DNA of 64,000 bases from Paraspadella gotoi (taxonomy: Eukaryota; Animalia; Chaetognatha): assembly GCA_051294375.1 (NCBI GenBank), contig JBJCIZ010000239.1:5971074-6035073 (forward strand), read 5' to 3'. The number at the start of each line of letters is the position of its first letter. Position 1 is the stretch's first letter. Positions 53,508 through 64,000 of the stretch are shown piece by piece. A model generated the notes under the pieces. That model saw only the letters and a program-made list of their open reading frames with translations, did no database searches and was not told the origin of the DNA. The position numbers and the translations under genes are program-made.

Positions 53508-56500
53508 TCAGTTCTTCTTCGCCGCCCGGGCGGCTCGAGCGATGCGGGCCGCGTTGAAAATGGCGCAGGGCTGGCACTGACGGCACATGGGGCTGGTCGG
53601 CAGGCGGAGCCAGCGCTGAGGCAGGGGCTGTGAGAGAGAAGGCAGGTGGGAAAGGGGGGTGCGAGGAGGGGGAAGGGGGTAGGTTAAGTTTAAGTAGGGG
53701 TAGCCCCACTAAATTTAGAGTCAAAACTTTAGAATGATTACATGCTCAAACGAAAATTTCTACATTTTTAAGTATACTTTCAATGACCAAAAACATTTGC
53801 TTATATTGGTCTAAAACCTAAATAATTATTTTTTAATATTTATTAGAGATGAGCATCGTTTGAAGTCCATCAAATTCTTCCTCTATTTATTCTACTTCAA
53901 ACTGCATAGTCACGGCCCAAAAAAATTATATCAATATGGAGATTTCGACAAGCCTTGGGTCTTGGGAAACAATGGAGGTAGAGCCGCATCAAATTCCCAA
54001 TTTAATCATGCCCAAAAATGGTATTTAATAGGACTGTCAGTCGTTTTTTCCCGTATTCAAGAAAAACTCCTGGCTTCTTGAGTAAAAGAATAGCCAAATC
54101 ATACATATTAGTACAGGTTTCCGATAACCCTTATGTCTTCTCTACATGATGAAAAAAAGCAAAATTTTTTAAATCTTGCAATCTTAATGCTTGATAAAGC
54201 AATTAATATAAACTGGTTTTTTAGGTGAAAACTGCATTCTAGCTTCATTTTTTCACATTTTGAACACAATTGACAGAAACTGTATTGATTTACTATTCAA
54301 ATCAGTAGAGCCGCGGGCTTAATTCAAAAGCGTTTTCTCCAATATAATGCAAAATTAAAGGAAAAGTCCACATAAAAACTCTATTAAAAACACAAACATC
54401 GTCGCACAGTCGCTACTTGTGAAGTCCCAAAGCAGAATAACAACTCACAGATTTTAAATTTTTTCTTTTATATTATTATGAAATTTGCAAAATTACTTGT
54501 CTTCCAACTATTTCTTTCATTTCTCTATTTTATTATTATCTAAATATTCTTATTGAACGGATCTTGTATTTACATCTATAACTATTTCATTCATACACAC
54601 ATCATATTGCTATTCCCTTTTTATAACAATGTTTTATTTATCTCAATCAATACCATGGGCAAGGCGGGACACGTCCAGTTGTTGTCCTTATGCGAAATCC
54701 AGCCGAAAGGGTAGCATCTATTATCAACACAATGGTTAGATTACTATCTCGTCCTAGTTTCTAATAATATCACACATCATTCTGTTAGAAAGTCATTAAT
54801 GAAAAATCATAATTATTCTAAAAGGCTTGAACGAAAGGACGGTGGCGAATGGATTAATTTTTTGAGGGACCAACGTTATATATGATTTTTTTTATGCCAA
54901 TAGATAAGACTACCATTGTAGAATTGTTATGTTTCTGCATAAGGGATACATACTGGGGAAAGCGTACTATAGGGGCACCTTTATGTCCATGAATATAATT
55001 TTAAAATACGTTAATGAAAATTTTATTTTTTTCTTTTATTCCTATTTTTAATATTTCTTTTATTGAATTTTTTTATCTTTTATGTTTATTACAATTGGGA
55101 AGGTCATTCAGTGGAACCTATACCCTCATAGGATTTCGGCTCTTTTAATCCCAAAATAATCCAGGTATTAGGCGAGGCCATCACCAAATGGTGCATCCTT
55201 CCATTGGTTGCTTTATCTTATATTTTAAAGGTATATCCCTTTGAATGTTATCTGAACAGCAGGACCAAAGCCCTGGCATCACAGCATTTATTAATTTTAG
55301 AGAAATTTTTATTTAAGGTTTTGTAATTAATTTGTAATTTGTAATAAATAAAATAAGTTAAATAATTAGCTTTAATAATAAGTTATAATTTTAAGGGTAT
55401 GTTAATGTAAAGTTAACAATAAGTTAATTGGTAAAGGTTAAAAAATAAATTAAATAGGGAGAGTTAAATTTAAGGTTATAAATTAAAATAAGTTATATTA
55501 AATACATATGTTGATGGTTATTATATATTAATTATTAACTTAGTGGTTTATTTTTGTTATTTTTTCTTGTAATTTTTATTAGGAACTATCATGTAATAAT
55601 CCTTTTTTAAAATAGATTTAACAACTCAGTAACATTATATTATTTATTAGCCCTTCCTTTATAATTTATTTTGAAAAATTTAATTTCCCATTTTCTTAAG
55701 TCCTTAAATATATATACTATAATTATATTATATATAAAATATTTATATAAATATAATTATTAGTTTTTAAAAATAAATTTTTTTATTTAATCTGGAAAGG
55801 TAGTACTATATATTATATATATATTATATAAAAAATATATTTTACAATAAAATTAAACTAATTTTTTAAACTGCGAGTTTTTTTATCATGATATAATTAA
55901 AAATATAAGATTTAAAATAAAATTTTAATTTAATAAAATATAATAATTATATAAATATAATAAATTTTAAAAAATTTAATTTTTTAATTTTAATAATAAT
56001 AATAATAATAATAAAATAATAATAATAAATAAAAAAAAATATTTTTATTTTTTAATTTTATTTTTTTTAATTATAATTATTATTTTATTTTTTTAATTAT
56101 ATTATTATTATTATTTTATTATTATTATATAATCTGATAATAATATATATTTATTATAAAATAATTTTATATTTATTTATTTAAAATTATAAAAAATTAT
56201 ATTTTAATTTTTTAATTTCAAATAAATTTTTAAAAAATTATTTTTATATTTTCATTATAATAAAAATTTATTTTTAACTGAAAGGGATTTTTCTGAAAAA
56301 TTCAGGCCCAGGATCTCACTGTGCGCCGGTTCTAAAGCTTAGTACTACGCATAGTACTAATCTTTGTTGGATCAAAACGAGCTCGATTTTAAAGGAAAGT
56401 TGATCGGTTTGAAGAGCGATTTTTGCGATTGCTTTTTGGCGATTACTTTTGAAACGGATTGTCGGATTATATGAAATTATGCATGTAGATAATGTTTGCA

Positions 56501-57854
56501 ATTGTCTATCGAACGCTACCAAATTTGAATAAAAACAACTGAGTTGTTTAGAAACGATGCTCATCCCCATATTTATTTATAGATAGGAAAGGTCAAAAAA
56601 ATTTTTTTTAGAATTTAAAATTTTTAAGACCCGATTCAGATAGCTCATAAAAAGTTGTCTGCACAAAGTATAATTTTTTACAAATATTTTCATGATAAGT
56701 GAGTCAAAAATAAAAATAACCGTAAAAAATCATCATCATCATCATCTTTCGATGATTTTATCATTTTTTTTTTTATATTTTCACTTAGAAAACATAGGAA
56801 TTTTTAAAAGCTGTAATTATATTTCTTGTTAAACTTGTTATGCTCTATCAGAATCCATCAAACATTTTTAAGATTTAAAAAAAAATTATAATGCGAGTAT
56901 TATTTAATGTATTAATCAAGCTTTTTTTTGTCCCAATTTTGGCTAAAATTTGGACGAAAGAAAGTTTTTTCATTAAGTTTAAAAAATTTAGTAAAGGGTT
57001 AAGGACTAGAGTTGAGAGTTATGTTCGGGGTTAGGGTTAGGAATTAGTTCAGGGTTAAGGATTAATGGATTAAAGGGTTAAAGTCGAATATTTGGTAAAA
57101 ATATTAAGGTTACGTGTGATTGAAAACAATTAAAAATAGGTAAAGTGGACAAAAAGGTTAGGGGAAAATAAGCAAAAAATTTGGTTGATGAAACAGATGT
57201 ACTCATAAAAGGAAAATTGGAATATAAATTAGGTTGTGAAAGCTGTTAAAGCTGTAAAAGCTGTAAAAGCTGTAAAACGTGACACTGACACATCCGCCCG
57301 TGACATGGCCAACGGCGTGAGAGTATAACCGGATAACCGTATTTCGGCCCCATTGCTGTGTCCAGTCAGGTCTCAGGAGCCATTGTCCAAAAGTTAGGGC
57401 AAAGTTATTCGTCTCGACACAATGTTCTCTCTTTTCTCTCAAACCTGTGATAAGGGTGATGGCACGGCAGGGCAAAGGTGACCGGCTGCCGCTCCCGAAA
57501 ATCCTCCATGCAAATCGGGCAGTGAGATTCTTTGAGTCCCCGGATGTCGCCGCGTCGAAGGAGCAAAGAAGGGAGGCGTGAGAATTCACTGCGGCGGCCG
57601 GAATTCACGGGGGGGGAGGGGGTGTGGTGTTTCGATCACGAGAAATTGGGAACGAACTCGGCGGCGATTGCGACGTTGTTGGAATTTGTTTTCGTCAGGA
57701 GGAAAATCATTTTATTCGAAATGATTTATAACGCCAAATATCATTAAAATAGTTGCTTTTATATTGCTTCCGGATTAATCAATATGTATCTATCGATGTA
57801 TGTTTCTTTCTATCTTTTTATCCGTCTATCAATATATTTATCTGTATGTCTATG

Positions 57855-57922
<68 letters not shown>

Positions 57923-59422
57923 AATATGTTGATCTATCTATTTATCTGTTTTTCCATTCATCTATATATTTTACGGTTTTTCCATTAATCTATGTATCTA
58001 TTTATCTATCTATCTTTGGACCATTGATACTATCTATCCATCGAGATATCTATTCTTTACGCTAATACATTCGCCCCTTTTCTGTAAATCCTCCCCTTCT
58101 TTTGCTTCCACCCCTAAGCTCCCCCCCCCCAGATTCTCAAACCTCGCCGTGATTCCCTTCGCTTGGTGGCGCGCGTGACGAAAGTAGGCGCGACGCCGCT
58201 CTGCGATCCTGGCGCTGCGACGCTGAGCAGCCCGACGCGATCCTGGCGGAGAAAAATTTATATCTTTTGCTCTTTTGTTGTTTTTTTTCTGTTTTTTTTT
58301 GTTTGGTTGTTTTTTGTTTTTGTTTTTCTTTAGTTATACAATTTGTTAAAAATGCGATATAAATTTGTTTATGCATTTAATTAAAATTGGTTAGTTTTGA
58401 CATTTTTTATTCGTTTTCTTCGCTTATTATTTATAATTTTGATTAAACTAAATTTTTATTTATCATATTAATTTTTATTTCTTTGTTTTATTTCGTCGTA
58501 AAGAGAGATAATAACAAAATGACAACCAGTCTCGCCTCCTGTTATCGACGGGAGGAAAGAAAAAAAAAACAAAAAACAAAACAAAACAAAACAAAAGAAT
58601 ATCGATCTGAAGTTTCGCATCTAAAGATCTGCAGTTGACGTCTGAAGATCTAAAGATTTGGAGTTTTGCAGATAATGTACTGAAGTTAACATTTTAATAT
58701 CTAAATATCTTAAATTAAACATATGATGATCTAAAGAACTGAAGTTGACATCTGAAGATCTTTATTCCCACAGATGAGATGTGAAGGTCTTTAGATCTGA
58801 AGACTCCTAGTTTAACATCTTTAATTAATAGAAAATTTCCTCGATCTAATGTAACTTATTTTATTTTAGACCTATAAAATGTTGAATTTAAATATGTACA
58901 TATTAAGCTTAATGAATTAACAGTGTTGTCTTCTGAAAATGGAGGGATCATCTTTACCACACAATGTTAATATACGTTCTAATCTGGATTTCTTATGAGA
59001 CATTTCACACCGTTCTCGTTAGAAAGTCATTTATAGATAAATCGAAATATCTAATTTACTTTCTTTTCGTTCCTTGTTTTTTTGGCCTCTTCCACACCCC
59101 TTAAATAACCCCCCTTCACCATCTCTCCTTCCACCCCCTCCTTCTCTCCTGCCTTATTTTCCGAGAACGCCCCATTTTATCTTGTATTCGGAATTAGATA
59201 AAATAATGTTGGGAATTAGATTTAAAAATTGTGGTTAAAGACTTGGTTAGGGTTTACGGTTAAATATTTTGGTTAGGAATTAGGACAAAATAAAACAGAA
59301 ATGGGGCACTATCGGAAAAGAGAGTCTATTCTCCTCCCAATATCCGACATACCTCGAGTGAGGGGCCGACCCGTGGGAAAGTAGTTCCGCTTGGGCGTCT
59401 TTCTCAAGTTCATTTTCGGCAT
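53508..59422 (-). CDS. small Arg-rich RING-H2-variant zinc finger protein (paralog A)
   Basis: Exons 59422-59353, 58242-58143 (100 nt), 57588-57445 (144 nt) and 53627-53508: MPKMNLRKTPKRNYFPTGRPLTRG|SRRAAQRRSARIAERRRAYFRHARHQAKGITAS|EFSRLPSLLLRRGDIRGLKESHCPICMEDFRERQPVTFALPCHHPYHS|PCL(Q)RWLRLPTSPMCRQCQPCAIFNAARIARAARAAKKN*. One base is missing near 53617. Internal exon sizes and phases match paralog B. Confidence 0.82.
53845..56568. mobile_element. non-autonomous Mutator/MULE-like element, copy 2, with a 1.2-kb internal acquisition, in intron 3 of RING paralog A
   Basis: Same TIRs and subterminal sequence as 13576-15042. 9-bp TSD ATATTTATT at 53836-53844 and 56569-56577. Extra segment at about 54480-55712. 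Confidence 0.85.
59150..59326. mobile_element. TTAGGG-core MITE-like copy in RING A intron 1
   Basis: gccttattttccgagaacgcccccattt...aaatggggcactatcggaaaagagag. Further copies at about 20750-20853, 52284-52660, 56930-57175 and 62406-62680. Confidence 0.6.
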
Positions 59423-59493
59423 CGCGACGAAAGAGGGCGTTCAGAGAGAGAGAGAAGGAGAGAGAGAAGGAGAAAGAGAGAAAAGAGAATCGG

Positions 59494-59602
<109 letters not shown>

Positions 59603-60507
59603 AGAAAAAAAAAAGAAGTTTAAAATCGAAGTTTCGGATTGTTAATTATTAATTTGTTTTTCTTTTTAATTTGGCTAAACGAGATTTTTACTTGTGGATT
59701 TTAAAAACGTTGTTGTCGTCGGGGAGAATCGAGAAATTAATTTTGGGGAGCGAGAGAGGGAAAAGAGGGAGAGAATGGAGGGAGAGAAGAAGGAGAGGGA
59801 GAGAATGGAGGGAGAGAGGGAGAGGGATGAAGGAATCTGAGGATTCATATGGAAAGAGAGATTTGATTTTGGATTTTTGATTTATTATTCTCAAAATGTG
59901 AAAATTTAACACAGTAACAATGCAATTGTTAATGAGCTGTACATATATATGTATGTACACATTATTTAAAGAAAAGTAAATAAATTAGCAAAAAAATTTA
60001 CAAAGGGGACTAACTATATACATAGTTACATATATACATAGAGAGAGAAAGAGAAATGTGAAGTAGGAGAGAGATTTCAGAGAGAGATGGTAAAATTCTG
60101 TAAATAAATAAATAAAGTAGAGATGGAAATTCTGTCTTGAAAAGTGATCGATACTAAGAATATTGTGCTCTAAGGTTTTTTTTTTTTTTTTATTCTTTCT
60201 TGTTTTTATTTCTGTTTTAGGTTGGTTTTTTTTATTTTTTTATTTTTTTGTGCACTTAAGAGCAAGGAAAAGTCGTCATTTTGATGAATGATATTGTATT
60301 AGTGAATTCCGCTCAAAAGTGTCGCTATAATTTACGTTTATTGGAAATACCTACTTAATCAGAAAATTGTAATATATTATGTATATATTGATTTTTCTCT
60401 CTATTGACTGTGAACAAATTTAACTTTAAACTCATAAGGACTTTTATTCGTATCTGCAAGAAATTTATGCGTCTTTCTTTCAATTTTTAAAAATGTTTGA
60501 ATGCTGG

Positions 60508-60566
<59 letters not shown>

Positions 60567-60745
60567 CTCTCTCTCTCTCTCTTCTCTCTCTCCCCCCTCA
60601 CCCCCGTTTTCGGTTTGCTAACTCCCTCTCTCTCTCTCCATCCTGCCATTCTTCCAGCACGCCCCCTTTTTTTTGTCCTCTCCCATCTCTCTCTCTCTCT
60701 TTCTCCATCGAGCGATGATCGGTTTCGCAGCGCCCTCTCCGGAAA

Positions 60746-60986
60746 ATGACGAGCTCCTCCTCCATTTCCTCCTCCGCTTTCGCCGCCTCAGCCGCCCTCC
60801 GCCGCTTCGCAGCCGCCTTCCCCTTCCTCCTCCTCTTGCCCCGCCAGCGTCTGCGGCTCCGCTCTGCGTTGAAGGCTTCCGCGTCGGCGCTGAGCCTGAC
60901 TCTGCTGCTTTACGTCGTCTTCGTCGTCGTCGTCGACGTCGTCGTCGTTCGTTTGGAAGCGGAAAGAATGAGGACGAGAAGAAGTG
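60746..60986 (+). CDS. candidate first coding exon of a secreted or membrane protein, divergent from RING paralog A
   Basis: GC-rich ORF from ATG to a strong GTAAGG donor at 60987. It ends in hydrophobic LSLTLLLYVVFVVVVDVVVVRLEA followed by RMRTRRS. A possible next exon lies at about 62061-62126. No homology recognised. Confidence 0.4.
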
Positions 60987-60994
60987 GTAAGGAA

Positions 60995-61620
60995 AGGGTT
61001 GGGGTCATGATATAACGGGTTGGGGTCATGATATAAAGAGTTGGGCGTCATGAATATAAGGGTTGGCTGGCATGATACTAAAGAAGTTGGGGTCAGAAAA
61101 TTGATGATTAAGGGTGTGCAGATATTAGGTTGGGGCCATTGAATATAAATGATGGGGTCATTGATATAAAGGGTCGGGACATGAATTAAAAGGTTGGAGG
61201 TCATGATATTAAGGGTTGCGGGTCATGAATATAAGGGTTGGGGTCATGACTATAAAGGCTTGGTGGTCATGATATAAAGGGTTGGCGTCATGATATAAAG
61301 GGTTGGGGTCATGGATATAAAGGGTTGTGGACATGATATAAAGGCGGTTGGGTCATGATATTAAGGGTTGGGGTCATGATATAAAAGGTTGGGGTCATGA
61401 TATAAAGGGTTGGGGTCATGATCATAACGGGTTGGGGTCAATGACTTATAAAGGGTTGGGGTCATGATATAAATGGGTTTGGGATGATTATAAAGTGTTC
61501 GGGGTCATGATATAAAGGGTTGGGGTCATGATATAAAGGGTTGTGGACATGATATAAAGGGTTGGGGTCATGATATAAAGGGTTGGGGTCATGATATAAA
61601 AGGTTGGCGTCATGATATAA
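60995..61620. repeat. 21-bp minisatellite (GGGTTGGGGTCATGATATAAA)n
   Basis: About 29 copies starting just after the 60987 splice donor; 3 more copies at 4605-4670. Confidence 0.9.
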
Positions 61621-63014
61621 TCTCAACCCTAATACAGACCTGTGCCAAAAAAAAGGAGACCCAAAAACATTAAGAAAATAAATCAAGTTAAATTCCTTTA
61701 AAATTAAAGATATTATAAGTGAATAATATTCATTGAAAAATGAACTATTTAGTGTAAATTTGGCTAATAAGCAGAAGAGCAGAAGAAAATTGATGTATTT
61801 TTATCCTCTTGTGTTTGAGGTACTGTAGCTCTGGAATAACTGGACCTTTTCCTCTCCTTTCTTACACTTCCTTTCTCCATTTCTTTACCTTTCTACTCCT
61901 TTCTCTTCTTCTCCTTTCCTTTCTTCTCCTTTCATCTCCTTCCTCTGTTTTCTTTAACTTCCTTTTAATCTTTATTCCATCTTTCCCTTTCCTTTCCTTT
62001 CCTTTCCTTTCCTTTTACATCCATCTTTTTTCCTTTCCTCCCTTCCTCCCTTCTCTGGAGTCCGGCACAAATCGGTTCCGACGGCGAACAAAGGAATCGA
62101 GAAATAAATTGGATTCGATTGCGGAGGTGGACGTCTTTTGTTTCTTCCATGTCGTGAATCGAGAGCGAGACTCGCGGGAGAAGAACTCGCGCTCCTAGCG
62201 ACATCTTTGGAGAATTTTTTTTTTTTCAATAAAGAATAAATGATCATTCCAAGCGGATTTTGTTTGTTTGTTTGCGTCATTTACTATAATTCAACTTTAA
62301 CAAGTGTTATAGCATTTTATTAGTTTCCAAATTATAATTTTGGATAGTATTATTCCCATCTAAATCAAGACGATGATAACAGTGAAGCTTGAAAGAAAGA
62401 ATTACTGGCCTCATTTTTCCAAAGCGCCCCATTTCATCTAAATTTGATATTAAGTCATTTTTTAAAGGTATGGGTAATGGATTGGGTTATGAATTAGTTT
62501 AAGGATAAAGGTTAGGGATTAGGTAAGTGATTAGAGATAGGGTTAAGGTCAGGGTCAAAGATTATGTAAGACGAAGAGTTAAGGATTAAGATTTAAGGTT
62601 AAAAAAACAAATTAGGCTTAAATATAAAGGTCAAAATTAAATTTAGGGATAGAGAAACCGAATTGTGGCGGTTTGGGCAAAGAGAGCCGAGTGACGATGA
62701 CTGATAGTATCAGATAGTATAGAGAGAATAGATAGATAGATAGATAGATTTCTATATTTCTTTCTTTATTTCTTTCATTCTTTTTTTTTTTTTCCTTATT
62801 CTTCCTTCTTTTCTGCTCCTTCATTTATCTCTTTTTCCTTTTCCTTCTTTCCTTCCTTTCTTCTCGCTTTAACAATATCTCTTACTTGGCAACGAGCGAG
62901 GAATTCCCAAAGCCAAGAAAGAGAAAAATAAAGAAGAAATGTATGATGTAATGATTGGAAAGAGTACTTCTCTTTTGCCAGCGATCGCCTAACGGACTGC
63001 CGCCCTCCCTTTTT

Positions 63015-64000
63015 TTCCCTTCTGTAACTCCGACTACATTTCTTATCCGCTTTTCCTGTTTCCTTTTTCCTCCTTTTCAACTTCCGCCACATTTGTTTTC
63101 CCTTTTTCCTTTTTTCCTTTCCTTTTTTTCATTTTTCTTAACTCCGCCACAATTTTGTTTTCCTTTTTCTTCCTGTTCCCTTCTTTTTTTCCTTTTTCAA
63201 CTCTGGGCCACATTTGTTTTTCCTTTTCCTTTTCCTTTCCTTTTTGCCTCTTTTCAAACTCTGCGCACTTTGTTTTCCCGCTTTTTCCTTTTCTTTCCTG
63301 TTTTTTCCTTTTTCAACTCCGCTCAATACAGTTATTCTTGGTTTTCCTTTTTCCTTTTCCTTTCCTTTTTCCTTTCAATCTGAAGGTACTCAAACTCTGG
63401 CCACATTTGTTTTCTACTTTTGATAGTATATTGATTAGTATAGATATGACTCACGTATTCTCCTTTGAGATTAGATTACGCCTTTCTTGTTTTTCCTACT
63501 CCATTTTATTTTTTTCGCTTTTTCAACCTCTGCCACATTTGTTTTCCGCCTTTTTTTCCTTTTCCTTTCTTTTCTTTTTCAACTCCGCTAACATTTGTTT
63601 TCCTTTTTCGCTTTTTTCCCTTTTTTTCTCCTCTTTCCAACCTCGCTACAAATTTGTCCCTTTTTTTTTTTTTTTTTTTTTTTTTCCTTTTTTCCTTTTT
63701 TCTTTTTCTTTTTTCTCTTTCACAAAAAACACTCCGCTATACATTTGTTTTTTCCTTTTTCTTTTTCTTCTTTTTTTCCTTTTTATCTCTCCACTACAAT
63801 TTGTTTCCCTTATTTTTTTTTTCCTTTCCTTTTTGCCCTTTTTTTTCCCTTTTCCATCAACGTTCCGCTGACATTTCGTTTTCCCTCTTTCCTTTTTCAA
63901 CTCCGGCCACATTTCTATATTCTTTTCCTTTCTTCTTTTCTTTTTCTCCTTTTTTTCCTTTTCCTTCTCAAGCTCCGCCTGCATTCCTTTCTTCTTCTGC
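63015..64000. repeat. satellite-like array: conserved TTCAACTCCGCCACATTTG core plus variable pyrimidine linkers
   Basis: Core variants recur about every 60 bp (63076, 63140, 63195, 63394, 63523, 63578, 63637, 63730, 63896); the array runs off the window end. Confidence 0.7.

Noticed and set aside
63015-64000. CRISPR-like repeat/spacer appearance
   Set aside because: Eukaryotic context, degenerate repeats, low-complexity spacers and no cas genes.

Overview
Eukaryotic (animal, probably invertebrate) genomic DNA from a draft assembly. It has N gaps and noisy, indel-rich duplicated segments, is AT-rich, and is saturated with (AG)n, (GAC/GTC)n, (AAT)n and (AAAG)n microsatellites. Most ORFs in the supplied track are microsatellite artefacts. 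Manual GT-AG exon chaining recovers four multi-exon genes: an F-box/LRR protein (+, 15088-20523), a GT29 sialyltransferase of the ST6GalNAc III-VI type (-, 21264-23640), and two tandem paralogous small basic RING-H2 proteins (-, 49842-52746 and 53508-59422). Both RING proteins carry the same non-canonical S-P-x-C-R-x-C-Q-x-C C-terminal end. Partial genes lie near both window ends. Mobile DNA includes two copies of a Mutator-like non-autonomous element with 9-bp TSDs (one with a visible empty site, one carrying a captured local fragment) and a 1.66-kb hAT-like foldback element. Also present are Penelope-type minimal hammerhead ribozymes (including an inverted pair inside a 15-bp TSD), an abundant MITE-like family with degenerate TTAGGG cores, and a D-arm-less tRNA-Gly-like fold just downstream of the sialyltransferase stop. 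All calls are by eye; no database searches were run.
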